IMG/VR virus record: IMGVR_UViG_3300025759_000072
Span: 25,419-89,418 of that record
Source: a virus
Length of the DNA stretch: 64,000 nt
Strand: one strand, 5' to 3'
The position numbers were made by a program, and so were the translations under genes. The number at the start of each line of letters is the position of its first letter. Positions within the stretch are counted from its first letter, which is position 1. The notes under the pieces are model-generated. The model was not told where the DNA came from. It made no database searches and saw only the letters and a list, made by a program, of their open reading frames with translations. Below are positions 27,380-37,292 of this stretch, one piece after another.

Positions 27380-27705
27380 AATTTTGGTCCTTTATTTTTT
27401 TCAGGTTCACCATGACCCGTTGCTATGATACATGATACTTTTTCAATGTGCGTTTCGACTATCGAAAATGAACCTGTTTTAATATTACGAAAAATACTCA
27501 ACACTATTTTATCGTTTGGTTTATCATTAGGTCCAGAACTAAATCCAAAAAATTCAAAACTACTTTCACCAAACTGATTCAATTTATTCATAACATCATC
27601 ACTTGGACCACATATAATATTTTTCTTTGTTGGACCAATAGGTGGATGAGCATATACATTACAAGAAAACAATACCACAGTGATTATGGTAATTATTGTT
27701 TTCAT
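27376..27705 (-). CDS. Hypothetical exported protein
   Basis: Signal peptide; ICGP..N.KTGSFSIVE..SCIIATG. Confidence 0.65.
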   Translation of the reverse strand: MKTIITIITVVLFSCNVYAHPPIGPTKKNIICGPSDDVMNKLNQFGESSFEFFGFSSGPNDKPNDKIVLSIFRNIKTGSFSIVETHIEKVSCIIATGHGEPEKNKGPKL

Positions 27706-27708
27706 TTT

Positions 27709-28383
27709 TTATCCAATCAATCTGGATGTGAAAAATTCATGTTCTTTATATTTATATGGGTCCGACATAAAGATTTGTGGTGAATCCCCTTCAACAGCAA
27801 TCAATATGATATTTTGTTCTACTCTCTCGCCATACATCTCTTCTATCATATATGAGTATGTTGCACACTGTAGAAAATAGTCTTCAATCCATTCTCGTTT
27901 TTTTGTTTTACGAGATGTTTTAAAATCAAGCACGGTTAGTTTATTATTGATTTGACAAACCATGTCTACTCTTCCAGCCAATCGATACTCATGGCTGAAT
28001 AGAGCGCACTCCTGCATGAACACTTTTTGTATTGATTGTAAAAGAATTGGTTGAATATTAAAAAACATTTGAACAGCATCTGGCATCTGCCCTTTGATGA
28101 TGTCTTCTAAACTTACATTATCGATAAAGTCTTCGAGCATCTTATGAACAGCAGTACCACGAGATGCTGATTGATGACTGATACGATTGGCTTCTGCTTC
28201 ACCAACCTTTCGGCGCCACTCCATCAATCCTTCTTTCTTTCCAGGAAGGTTGCCGAGCGCAGTCGTTACTGATTCGTATAAGACTTCGGAAGGTCCATTT
28301 GGTACTCGATACCTGCGACCCTCCTCCGTCGTGATTGCTTCTATGTCGTACTTTTCAAATCTATCTTCATGTATAAATTGCAT
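27709..28383 (-). CDS. PD-(D/E)XK exonuclease (Cas4/lambda-exo-like phage exonuclease)
   Basis: SVTT..W..VGEAEANRI..RGTAVH..AGRVD..DFKTS..YFLQ..Y. Confidence 0.88.
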   Translation of the reverse strand: MQFIHEDRFEKYDIEAITTEEGRRYRVPNGPSEVLYESVTTALGNLPGKKEGLMEWRRKVGEAEANRISHQSASRGTAVHKMLEDFIDNVSLEDIIKGQMPDAVQMFFNIQPILLQSIQKVFMQECALFSHEYRLAGRVDMVCQINNKLTVLDFKTSRKTKKREWIEDYFLQCATYSYMIEEMYGERVEQNIILIAVEGDSPQIFMSDPYKYKEHEFFTSRLIG

Positions 28384-29134
28384 GATCGATTTTAGCCATA
28401 ATATAAGATTTCACAAGTTCGCTACGCACGATATCATCCTCATTAAAATAAATTGTTTTAAAGTACGGAATTGATGTTAATACCTTCATGAATGATAATA
28501 ATCCACTACCTTCTCTCATGTTCTGTAAATCACTTTGTCTAAAGTCACCGGAAAAAATAATACGACAGTTATCACCGATGCGAGTTATAATAGAGTCGAG
28601 TTCGTGGAATGTCATGTTCTGACATTCATCGACGATAACAATAGAATCATTAAGAGTAATTCCCCGTATGAAGGATGTAGATATAAACTCAACCATTCCT
28701 CGACTTTTAATCGTTTCATATGCGTCTCCGCGTCCAAATAATTCTGTAAAGATGTTATAGTATGGTTGCTCATACGCTTTCATCTTTTCTTTTTGGTTTC
28801 CTGGTAGAAACCCCATGTCCCTTGTTGGGACTATTGATCGTACAATGACTAACTTTTGTTTAGTAGATGAATGTGTTAGGATTTCTTTTAAAGCAAGATA
28901 TATTGAGATAAACGTTTTACCAGTACCAGCCAATCCTTGAAGTAACAAGTGTTTATCTTTACGGTATTCATCGAACGTTCTTGATTGGTTTTTTGTTTTT
29001 GGTTCGATATTTTTTAAGTTCAATCCTGTGTTAACACCTTTCTTTTTTGCTTTACGTTTTTGTTTTCTTGATAGTTTTTCTTCAAAAAAGTTATAGTTAT
29101 CTTCTACAAAAGCTAAGTTAGAGTGATTGTACAT
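28367..29134 (-). CDS. phoH: PhoH-family ATPase
   Basis: GLAGTGKT; MGFLPG; FIRGITL..IVDECQN; SGDFRQSDL; DIVRS. Confidence 0.95.
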   Translation of the reverse strand: MYNHSNLAFVEDNYNFFEEKLSRKQKRKAKKKGVNTGLNLKNIEPKTKNQSRTFDEYRKDKHLLLQGLAGTGKTFISIYLALKEILTHSSTKQKLVIVRSIVPTRDMGFLPGNQKEKMKAYEQPYYNIFTELFGRGDAYETIKSRGMVEFISTSFIRGITLNDSIVIVDECQNMTFHELDSIITRIGDNCRIIFSGDFRQSDLQNMREGSGLLSFMKVLTSIPYFKTIYFNEDDIVRSELVKSYIMAKIDHAIYT

Positions 29135-29153
29135 GATACCTCCTAGGTAATCA

Positions 29154-29474
29154 TTACAAAGTATCTGCGGCTCTTTTCTTTCTCCATTTCTCTACTGCAT
29201 CACGGGTCTTAACAGCCTTAACAGATTTTGCACCATATTGCTCGCCGAGTTTGCTATTTGGATTAGCCTCGGCGATTCTTGCAAGTTGTTCCCTCCAACC
29301 ATCATCAGTACGCAGTGATTTATTCACTGATGTACCAGCAACGATATTCATCTGTGTTGAAGGGAGTTGACGGATGTGTGGATTGTCAGAAAGGAATGCC
29401 TCACGTTCAGCCATAGACATGAATTCAGTAAACTCTTCTTTAGTTTTTTCATTAATAAAAGAATATGTAGGCAT
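29154..29474 (-). CDS. FmdB-like small protein lacking Cys
   Basis: MPTYSF.. start; lies before phoH. Confidence 0.6.
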   Translation of the reverse strand: MPTYSFINEKTKEEFTEFMSMAEREAFLSDNPHIRQLPSTQMNIVAGTSVNKSLRTDDGWREQLARIAEANPNSKLGEQYGAKSVKAVKTRDAVEKWRKKRAADTL

Positions 29475-29499
29475 TGCACCTCCTTATTTGTATTTATTA

Positions 29500-30063
29500 T
29501 TATGCTGTTTTACCCAAATACCAGTATGGAACTTGACGATTAGTCCATTTGGCAAACGATGCTTTTGCTACATTGTAGTAGTTACGATACGATTGAATAG
29601 GATCATCTGTTACGATACATTCTGGAAAGTTTTTCATAGCAATCGCAAATGGAGTTCGTGGACCTTCTGGAATATTACGAGGAGGCGCCATTAGATAACA
29701 ACCAATACCTTTATTTGACCAAGCACCATGTGTTTTACCATACCGACGATTGTATTCTACAGCAAGAGCCATATAATGCTGTACGTGCCATTTGTAGTTC
29801 TCTGTTGACTGCATGGTCCATACGGTACAAGGATGACCCATATGGACTGCTTTCATTAGAACGTCTTCTAGTGGACCATCGAGTTTCCAGTATTTGATCA
29901 TTCGCTTACCAGATTTAGATGGTCGCATTTCCATAACACCATCGAGCATACGATGCGCTGTTGATAACATCTGTGCTGATTCGGTAACCATTTTCACTAC
30001 GTGTTTGTCACACAGAGCACGAGCGGACTCTTGTGGGCAATCACTCACTGCAAAGATATTCAT
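29500..30063 (-). CDS. Pyrimidine-dimer DNA glycosylase-like protein
   Basis: MNIF..DKHVVKM..ESAQMLSTAHR..HPCTVW..EY..RYGK.H..YR.YY. Confidence 0.75.
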   Translation of the reverse strand: MNIFAVSDCPQESARALCDKHVVKMVTESAQMLSTAHRMLDGVMEMRPSKSGKRMIKYWKLDGPLEDVLMKAVHMGHPCTVWTMQSTENYKWHVQHYMALAVEYNRRYGKTHGAWSNKGIGCYLMAPPRNIPEGPRTPFAIAMKNFPECIVTDDPIQSYRNYYNVAKASFAKWTNRQVPYWYLGKTA

Positions 30064-30338
30064 CGTTTCGTTTTCCTACTTTTGATATTTTTTTCCCAAG
30101 TATTTTTTCCCCAAGTATTTTTCTTATTATAAACTCCATTATCTTTCGGTTTTTTAGATATATAAGACCCACCGAACATCGAACCGGTTTGTCCTTTATC
30201 AAATACTGGTCTATCCATCGGATAATCTTTATCTAATTGTTCCAGTCGTTCTTTAGTTTTCTTTTCTCGCCACCACTTATCTGCTGCTTTTTTTCCATCT
30301 TTCTTTAGAATTTTTCCGTATATATTATCCACAATCAA
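30060..30338 (-). CDS. Hypothetical basic protein
   Basis: 92-aa ORF in operon. Confidence 0.5.
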   Translation of the reverse strand: MIVDNIYGKILKKDGKKAADKWWREKKTKERLEQLDKDYPMDRPVFDKGQTGSMFGGSYISKKPKDNGVYNKKNTWGKNTWEKNIKSRKTKR

Positions 30339-30346
30339 TCCTCAAA

Positions 30347-30586
30347 CTAATAATTAAAACGAAAAGGAGACAACTTCTTCATCTCATCTTCTGTAGGGCG
30401 CTTAGTACCAGCGTACACTACCAGATCGTCATCTTCGTTTTCATAACATTCAACAATATTATCCTTAGCAAGGATCGAAAGTGATACTTGGATCATATGA
30501 TCGATATCATATGATTTACGACCAAGATAAAATGAAAGACCAACCAAAGATATTAGACCTGCAAGTATTAGAATATCATGATACAT
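30347..30586 (-). CDS. Hypothetical single-TM protein
   Basis: AAGGAG RBS; N-terminal TM. Confidence 0.6.
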   Translation of the reverse strand: MYHDILILAGLISLVGLSFYLGRKSYDIDHMIQVSLSILAKDNIVECYENEDDDLVVYAGTKRPTEDEMKKLSPFRFNY

Positions 30587-30637
30587 TTTTTTCTCCTTTA
30601 GAATATATATTCATTATACTTTAAAAACAAAAAAAAG

Positions 30638-31264
30638 TCAATGATTTTCCAATAATTTTTTTAACTCTTCTAAATTATTTCTGTATGAATTGCGAATCAA
30701 TGGTTGATATGACTTATTTTTTTCTGGATAAACAAACACGAAATCAACATCTTCGTGTTTTTCAATCAACCATCCAATATAATCTAGTCGATTACGAGTA
30801 TCGACCAGCGAGGCTCTTGTATTCTCTTCATACGCATTCGTACCATCAAATAGATTTGATAATGCCACTTTATTATCAACAATCATCGAATCAAATCCCA
30901 ACATGAACAATTGCTTGTATCCCATCTTGATTGCCTCAAGCATCGCATTGACACCAGCATTGGAACGAGAAGTTAAACCAGGTTTACCATTTTTCTTCCA
31001 ATGAATCTCGAAGGGTTCATACTGTTCATCTTTTGGAGGTACAATAAATCTTTTTGATGGAAAATCAGAAGATTCAATCTCCGTTATTATCTTATCATCA
31101 ATCGCCACAAGGTAATCTGGCAAATCATAATTTGGTCTGAACTCTCGATAAAGAGCATTGCAACCAAATACTGTACCTTTGTCTTTTAGATCCATCAAGT
31201 CAAAATCTTTTCTTGATGATCCGTTACCGATTATAAATGCTCTCTTCGCCATAGGCTTCATCAT
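30638..31264 (-). CDS. Rossmann-like protein (GNGxSR/GCNALYR; DUF115/glycosyltransferase-like)
   Basis: AFIIGNGSSR..GCNALYR..YLVAID..MLGFD. Confidence 0.6.
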   Translation of the reverse strand: MMKPMAKRAFIIGNGSSRKDFDLMDLKDKGTVFGCNALYREFRPNYDLPDYLVAIDDKIITEIESSDFPSKRFIVPPKDEQYEPFEIHWKKNGKPGLTSRSNAGVNAMLEAIKMGYKQLFMLGFDSMIVDNKVALSNLFDGTNAYEENTRASLVDTRNRLDYIGWLIEKHEDVDFVFVYPEKNKSYQPLIRNSYRNNLEELKKLLENH

Positions 31265-31385
31265 ATTTTTTCGCTTTTGGTTTACGATACTTCTTCACAA
31301 TTTGTTTGCGTTTAGTGGGTTTCTTATCAAAAGAATATTCATTGTCCCATGACTTTTCACGCCGAAACGTCTTACCCATTTTAGT

Positions 31386-31595
31386 TTATTTCTCTTTCTT
31401 TAACTTCCATAAAATATATGGATCGTTTTTTTCTACTTGTAGAGGAATTTGTTTTGCTTTTGGATCAATTGGTGTTGGACCAACATAATGCCATGTTGCT
31501 CCGTTGTTTACATCTTTTTCAACGGCTTTAATAAATTCTTGGTTATCAACGACAAATAATCCAAAAAATAATGCTAATACTGAAATTACAATCAT
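31386..31595 (-). CDS. Small membrane-anchored protein
   Basis: N-terminal TM. Confidence 0.55.
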   Translation of the reverse strand: MIVISVLALFFGLFVVDNQEFIKAVEKDVNNGATWHYVGPTPIDPKAKQIPLQVEKNDPYILWKLKKEK

Positions 31596-32045
31596 TTATT
31601 TATTTTCCTCTGTTTTCCATGTTGATGCTAATGTTGGCCATGCTTCTTCGAATAGTTTTTGTGTGATACCTTTATATGGCATCTTCTTATCTTTAATTGC
31701 TAATACTAATTTTGCATCATCTGGATCCAATGATTCAAGAAACTGAACAAACTGAGATTCTCTTTGGATAGATTTCATATCCGGATATGGTCCATCTTTT
31801 AGAAAGATGCGAAACTTACGTACATTTGCATACAACGATGTTTGTAAATCCGATTCTTTTGGTTGCGCTTTATATGGTGGATCTCCTTCTGGTAAAACAA
31901 ACTGATGCTTTGGATTGAAACAAATGTCAACCACTGCTTCAAGTGTTGTATTATGATCCTTCCTTAACGTTTCAATTTGTTGTTTTCGAGATTTAATATC
32001 TGAAACCCTCTTTAAGATTTCAGCCACACTTTCTTTCATTGCCAT
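31596..32045 (-). CDS. Conserved T4-like hypothetical protein
   Basis: LPEGDPPY..RE..F.Q.LE.L..DAKL..KDK; typically next to rnh. Confidence 0.75.
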   Translation of the reverse strand: MAMKESVAEILKRVSDIKSRKQQIETLRKDHNTTLEAVVDICFNPKHQFVLPEGDPPYKAQPKESDLQTSLYANVRKFRIFLKDGPYPDMKSIQRESQFVQFLESLDPDDAKLVLAIKDKKMPYKGITQKLFEEAWPTLASTWKTEENK

Positions 32046-32912
32046 TTAGAACTCCTGAATCACGTCCATAAGATTTTTCAATCTATTCTGAACAAAATAG
32101 TTAAATAATTTATCTCTACGATTACATTTATAATTTTCAAACTTTTCAAGTACCTGATCTTGAATCTCTTGAGGTACAAAATCAAGATTTACAAGTTGCT
32201 CATTGCGTCGATAGTTGCGAAGCATTCTTTCATTACAAAAGTCTTCCGGTGAATGACCGTTCCAACCATCGATCTTTTTAGCAGACAAAGGTTTCTGTCT
32301 CTTATCAACAACGAACGTATCGTCATCTGACAAAAAGTTAGGAACACCATCACCTCTATCGCCACGAAGAATATGCTCATGCATGTAACGAGCAGGATTG
32401 CTACACGTCACAAACTTCTTTTGCATTGGGCTGTACTGTTCAACGTTAGCATACTTCTGTAACTGAACAAAGTCTTTATCAGATGAAAGAATCAGAATCG
32501 GTTCAGATGATCCATTCGTAACACCAAGATGCCCATACTCATGACAGATGGTAGCAATGATATCATCAGCCTCTGCTCTATCAATCTGTATTACCTTGTA
32601 AGGGAAAACTTCTTTGAGATCATCACGAATACCATTGAGCACTTCAAAGATCGTATGCCAGTCAAGACCTGACTCTTCACGATCCTTCTTACGATGATGC
32701 TTATAGTATGGAAAAATATCTCGACGCCAGTAGTTCTTATCATCACAACAGATAACAAGTTCGCCATACTTCTCGCCAAACTTATTACGATATAGACGAA
32801 GAGAGTTGAGTACCATATGCCGAACCAAGTCAGGTTCGATAGGTACGTTTTTACCTCCAATCTGTTTCATAAGATTGGAAATCATAACTTGATTTAAATC
32901 AACGAGTATCAT
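32046..32912 (-). CDS. rnh: T4-type RNase H (5'-3' exonuclease)
   Basis: MILVDLNQ..YWRRDIFPYYK..EADDII..SSDKDFVQLQ..GDRGDGVPN. Confidence 0.95.
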   Translation of the reverse strand: MILVDLNQVMISNLMKQIGGKNVPIEPDLVRHMVLNSLRLYRNKFGEKYGELVICCDDKNYWRRDIFPYYKHHRKKDREESGLDWHTIFEVLNGIRDDLKEVFPYKVIQIDRAEADDIIATICHEYGHLGVTNGSSEPILILSSDKDFVQLQKYANVEQYSPMQKKFVTCSNPARYMHEHILRGDRGDGVPNFLSDDDTFVVDKRQKPLSAKKIDGWNGHSPEDFCNERMLRNYRRNEQLVNLDFVPQEIQDQVLEKFENYKCNRRDKLFNYFVQNRLKNLMDVIQEF

Positions 32913-32962
32913 TTTTTATCTCAGTTTCAATTCAATATACTATTATTATATATTATTATGAT

Positions 32963-33328
32963 TTAGAAGTCAATATCTTCTTCGTCTGTTTCTGAAACAA
33001 AATTCATCCTATCAATCTCTTCATTCGTTAACACTTCATATACTTTATCGATGTGACTTTGCAATGGATGTGGCATATTTAAAGTACCATAAACCGTTGA
33101 ACGAAGACACTCAATCGTAAACGAATAACGATCAATGAAACTATCTTCAAAGATAGGAAATCCATGTATACCGATTTTATTGATCAACTGTGTAGCATAG
33201 TGATCTACTATCTCATCAATGAATGCTTTCTTATTCTCATCCATAAAATCTCCAAGCTGCTCCTTATCCATAACCTTTGGGTTTGGAGACAGCAAGGGGA
33301 ATTTGATTACATTGTTTGCTTGTGTCAT
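32963..33328 (-). CDS. Hypothetical protein
   Basis: NVIKFP..HPLQ. Confidence 0.65.
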   Translation of the reverse strand: MTQANNVIKFPLLSPNPKVMDKEQLGDFMDENKKAFIDEIVDHYATQLINKIGIHGFPIFEDSFIDRYSFTIECLRSTVYGTLNMPHPLQSHIDKVYEVLTNEEIDRMNFVSETDEEDIDF

Positions 33329-34461
33329 TTAATTACTTTGAGCAAGATAGTTTCCTTATTCAACCTTCCGTTCATAGATGCTTCTTTTGTATTTATTTCA
33401 TCCATGACTTTGTTCATAACTCTTTTACCACCAGTCAGAACACGAGGTAGAATTTGGTCAGGTTTACGGAGTTTCTTACGAACAGAGTTCTCTTCATCGT
33501 AACCCTGTAGTGTGGTTCCTTTGATAGAAAATCCTGCAGGACCCAACGCATCATATCGAGTGAGCAATCGGTACTTAGTGTTGAAAGTCCACAACTGATT
33601 CGCTCCGATAATATCAGCAGGATTGATACTGACTAACTTGAACTCAGCAGCATCCTTTTGATACTGCACTTTAGCAATCTGTTTTTGTAAAGACGCAGGT
33701 TTCTTTGCGCGAGTTTTACGAACCGTTTTCTGATTCTGTGATTGCTTACGAGCATCATCTACAATCATACGAACGAAATCGATGAACCGAGTTACCCCAC
33801 GAGGTTTCATATTAGAGTAACCTTCAGTGAGTTGTTCGTCAGATTTTGACTTAACCTCTTCCAGTTCAGACAGCAGAGGTTCATAGTGATCAGCGATAGC
33901 ATTTGCCTGTTGCGATTTAACCTCTTTGCTACGCAACCATGCATACATATCAAACTCAGATTTATATTTGTTTTCAGTAAAAATATCAATCTCGTTTTCT
34001 AATTCTGCAATGTATTCACTGATCTGCTCACGAATACGATCTTGAATGGAAACGACGGGCGCTTTTCGTTTTTCCTGCTTCTTGATTTCAGACACAACTT
34101 TCTTAGCGAGTTTCAGATATCCTTCAATTTTATCATTGAAGAACTCCTGACTCTCGCTCGGCATTTTGCATCCGTTCGCGACCATACGCGCCTGATAACA
34201 GACAGTAGGGCTGATCTTATCGCTTACCTTGCGAAGCTGTGCGACCTCTTTCTTGTTACGAGGATAATTATCGAACAGCAATTTAAGAGCATCCTTCTGG
34301 TTGTAGAAATAGTTGTACCAGTTGTATGCTTTTAACATATCCATAGATGTAACTTCAACATCTGTCCACGTAGGTTCATCACCAAGATACTTGGTGTCAA
34401 AAGATTTCGGTCCAGAACGAACCTTCTTCTTTCGTTTTACAGCAAGAGTACTTTTAGCCAT
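33325..34461 (-). CDS. Conserved early hypothetical protein
   Basis: WYNYFY..SINPADIIGA..FNTKYR..KGTTL..KKLRKP..NGRLN; own promoter cassette. Confidence 0.75.
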   Translation of the reverse strand: MAKSTLAVKRKKKVRSGPKSFDTKYLGDEPTWTDVEVTSMDMLKAYNWYNYFYNQKDALKLLFDNYPRNKKEVAQLRKVSDKISPTVCYQARMVANGCKMPSESQEFFNDKIEGYLKLAKKVVSEIKKQEKRKAPVVSIQDRIREQISEYIAELENEIDIFTENKYKSEFDMYAWLRSKEVKSQQANAIADHYEPLLSELEEVKSKSDEQLTEGYSNMKPRGVTRFIDFVRMIVDDARKQSQNQKTVRKTRAKKPASLQKQIAKVQYQKDAAEFKLVSINPADIIGANQLWTFNTKYRLLTRYDALGPAGFSIKGTTLQGYDEENSVRKKLRKPDQILPRVLTGGKRVMNKVMDEINTKEASMNGRLNKETILLKVIK

Positions 34462-34477
34462 TATGACTCCTTTCATC

Positions 34478-34562
34478 TCTCATCATATATACATTTTAGA
34501 TGGAAAAGAAAAATAAGTCAATAGTTTTTTTAAAAAAAAATTTGTTTGAAATCAAAGGGTTG
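34478..34562 (-). promoter_or_regulatory. Dispersed copy of the early promoter cassette
   Basis: TTGACT-17-TAAAAT, TATATGATGAGA leader, upstream CAA-N4-TTGAT box. Confidence 0.75.
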
Positions 34563-35514
34563 CAAGAAAGTTTGACCATTCCCTTGCTCGGTTATCCCAG
34601 TTGAAGAAGTTATTCGCATAAATCTTTTGGAACTGGAGTTTCTGTGTATGCTGATCATGCCAATATTCATTCAACACAGCATCAAACAATTGAGCGAACC
34701 GATTTGCATGGGTATTAGTATCTTCGTGCCACTGATATGTATTTGCGAAACCAGCAGTCGTTTCAGGAAGAGCAGCATAGTTTGGGCAAATAATACACAC
34801 ACCAGCACTCATCGCTTCCATAGCAGCAATACAAGATGTCTCTTGCCAGATGTTTGGATAAGCAAAGATATGTGCTTTCTTCAATGCTTCACGAACCTCA
34901 TCGTTTGATACAGTACCATGATATGAGATACCAGGATGTTCTTTACATTTAGTAAACAACTCACGATACTGTTCATCTCGTTGTGGCCAGCCATAGATAT
35001 TGAATGATGAATAAACGTCAAGATGAATCTTATCTTTCCATCCATTATCCCACAGATACTCATATACAGGAACAAGAAGTTCTAAACCACGATGTGGTGT
35101 TGTATGATAGATTAGATTGATTACACCATCGTTTGGTTTCTCGTGTTCTTCAATTGGCACGATTGCATTCTTGAGAACAACAGATTTAGAATATGGAATC
35201 TGATGGGCAAGATGATATGTCTGCCATTGATAATCAGAAACGAAAACAAGTTTCTCAAATCGATCTAAAGATGATTGGTCGCGAATATGTTGTACTTCAG
35301 GATCAGACCAAGTATCGTGCAACCACAACACATTCTTCTTATCTTTTGGAACTTCACGAACACGAGATGAGATGATATTGATATTATCTGGAATGTTGAC
35401 ACGAGAGAATAGACCCTCTCGCATCATTTCAGTACCGCCTTTAGCACCAACCACATTGCCATTTGAATCAATAGAACCAGATTCTTCGTCCAGCCCTGTA
35501 ATTGTAAATTTCAT
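34552..35514 (-). CDS. Glycosyltransferase (GT4-like)
   Basis: GGTE; LWLHD; TTPHRGL; ETSCIAAMEAMSAG..ALPET. Confidence 0.85.
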   Translation of the reverse strand: MKFTITGLDEESGSIDSNGNVVGAKGGTEMMREGLFSRVNIPDNINIISSRVREVPKDKKNVLWLHDTWSDPEVQHIRDQSSLDRFEKLVFVSDYQWQTYHLAHQIPYSKSVVLKNAIVPIEEHEKPNDGVINLIYHTTPHRGLELLVPVYEYLWDNGWKDKIHLDVYSSFNIYGWPQRDEQYRELFTKCKEHPGISYHGTVSNDEVREALKKAHIFAYPNIWQETSCIAAMEAMSAGVCIICPNYAALPETTAGFANTYQWHEDTNTHANRFAQLFDAVLNEYWHDQHTQKLQFQKIYANNFFNWDNRAREWSNFLATL

Positions 35515-35523
35515 TTTTTTTCC

Positions 35524-35772
35524 TTATACCATAACTGTCTGTACCGATGATACAGAATCAACACGGAAAGAACGCCATGCATTCTTATCAATATCCCACA
35601 CTGGAAGAACCGACTCATTCACTGTTCTATTTCTTTCAGGTTTGTCAACAGGTGCTGGAACAAGATCAGATTTCAGAGTACAACGCATTACTCGTTCACT
35701 ACCATCGACTTTTGTGAAAGCAACATCAGCAACATGTTTTTGAAGAATTTCATAAATTTCATTTCGTGTCAT
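35524..35772 (-). CDS. SH3/WYL-like small protein (DUF2693-like)
   Basis: FTKVDGSERVMRCTL..VWDIDKNAWRSFR. Confidence 0.8.
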   Translation of the reverse strand: MTRNEIYEILQKHVADVAFTKVDGSERVMRCTLKSDLVPAPVDKPERNRTVNESVLPVWDIDKNAWRSFRVDSVSSVQTVMV

Positions 35773-35880
35773 AATATTTGTCCTATATCTATAATAACTT
35801 CAACTATGTGAATAACGATTTCAATAATCAATAACACAATTATAATGTTATATGGTGTAAATGTAAATAAATTTTTAAAT

Positions 35881-36168
35881 CTATTCACCAGAACTTATTT
35901 TCATCCTATAAGAAGAATTCTTTGGATCACCCCATACTTCAGTAGCAGGAACACGAATGAACGGCATCTTCTTAGCATCACCGCCAGTATTTGGCACAGT
36001 AAGCATTACACGCTTACCTTTCCGCCATGCTTTCTGTTGATTGATGATACGAAGCAAAGAATTTGCCATATACTCCCGACGCATCGCTTTTGTTAATGAT
36101 TTACTAACATTAGGGCGTTCGCCTTTAGAAATATATCCATTTGACTTACCGCCTTTTTTCTTACCCAT
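35881..36168 (-). CDS. Basic hypothetical protein
   Basis: SKGER..AW.KGK.V.LT.PN..PFIRV. Confidence 0.7.
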   Translation of the reverse strand: MGKKKGGKSNGYISKGERPNVSKSLTKAMRREYMANSLLRIINQQKAWRKGKRVMLTVPNTGGDAKKMPFIRVPATEVWGDPKNSSYRMKISSGE

Positions 36169-36169
36169 T

Positions 36170-36442
36170 TTAGTATTCCTCTTCTAATGTTTGAATGTAT
36201 TCGTTGAGTTTATGTTGTAGAGATTTTTCACAATACTGATTGCCGTCTAAAAACCTGTGAGTTCTACAATCTTCCTGCTTTATTTCACTGATCACGTGGT
36301 CTGTGGTTGTTTTTTCATCATTTATAATTGCTCCAATATCCCAGGTAGTTTTTGCGGTGCTTACTACGTTAAGTAATGGCGGCATTACACACCCTGATAT
36401 TATTATACAAGCAATTAGAAAAATCATCAACCTTTTTGCCAA
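36170..36442 (-). CDS. Putative lipoprotein
   Basis: Lipobox ISGC. Confidence 0.6.
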   Translation of the reverse strand: MAKRLMIFLIACIIISGCVMPPLLNVVSTAKTTWDIGAIINDEKTTTDHVISEIKQEDCRTHRFLDGNQYCEKSLQHKLNEYIQTLEEEY

Positions 36443-36475
36443 AACTCCACTCCAAATAATGCGCCTGCAACCACA

Positions 36476-36745
36476 CTATACTTCATCCGTGCCATTTTTT
36501 AATTTTTCAAATTTTTCTTTTTCCATATTATAACTTAGTACTTTTTCATATCCTTTTAGATGTTCTTCGATCTCAGCAATATCTTCTTCTTTGTCTGATG
36601 AAAAAATACCATAAATTTCTGTATCATCAGTTCTATTTTGTAAATCTTTTCGCAAACTCTTATACTGATCTTTTAATAACTCTAGTACGATTTTATCTGC
36701 TGTTTCATAATCTATTTCAATATTAAACCCCATTATATCATACAT
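36476..36745 (-). CDS. Hypothetical protein
   Basis: Acidic helical ORF in operon. Confidence 0.6.
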   Translation of the reverse strand: MYDIMGFNIEIDYETADKIVLELLKDQYKSLRKDLQNRTDDTEIYGIFSSDKEEDIAEIEEHLKGYEKVLSYNMEKEKFEKLKNGTDEV

Positions 36746-37055
36746 CCTTTCCTGTATCAAGTTGTTTTCTAACCCATTCAATCTTTTTGTCTTTAGTCCA
36801 GTCTTTAAGATAATCATTATCTTTGTCGAACAATTCCAACATCTCTTCTTCAGAGATAAGATTGTTATCTACAATATACTCGCCCATCCATTCCTGTGAG
36901 AACTCATCACACTCTTCCATATTTACTGTGTTATTTGCCCACTCAACCATATCTACTTCAGCATCAGGATTCATCTTCTGCAAATCATCCTTATGCATTA
37001 CGTAACGCATACGATATGATGAAATACAGGTTACAACAACATAATCTTTACTCAT
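36738..37055 (-). CDS. Hypothetical protein
   Basis: YVVVTCISSYRMRYV..EFSQ..GE.I..FD.DN.YL..W. Confidence 0.7.
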   Translation of the reverse strand: MSKDYVVVTCISSYRMRYVMHKDDLQKMNPDAEVDMVEWANNTVNMEECDEFSQEWMGEYIVDNNLISEEEMLELFDKDNDYLKDWTKDKKIEWVRKQLDTGKDV

Positions 37056-37292
37056 CTTTCTTTTCCATCATTTCACGATTTTTACAGTCTATTATTTCAG
37101 AAATTATTGGCGGCAAATTGTCTAAATTTTCCTCACGACCATGGTTACATCTGGGTCCCAAGCCCAGTGCTATAAGATTTGCCAAATACTTACAATCCTT
37201 ACAGTACTCAAGTTTCACTACATATCTCTTTTCTGTAAAATACAGGTTACAACAACATAATCTTTACTCATCTTTCTTCTCCACCATTTCAC
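37022..37292. repeat. 55-bp direct repeat (37022-37076 and 37238-37292, 2 mismatches)
   Basis: AAATACAGGTTACAACAACATAATCTTTACTCATCTTTCTT.TCCA.CATTTCAC. Confidence 0.9.
37048..37218 (-). CDS. Small Cys-rich protein between direct repeats (not in ORF track)
   Basis: GTG start; KLEYCKDCKY..RCNH..DCKNREMMEKKDE*. Confidence 0.55.
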   Translation of the reverse strand: MKLEYCKDCKYLANLIALGLGPRCNHGREENLDNLPPIISEIIDCKNREMMEKKDE

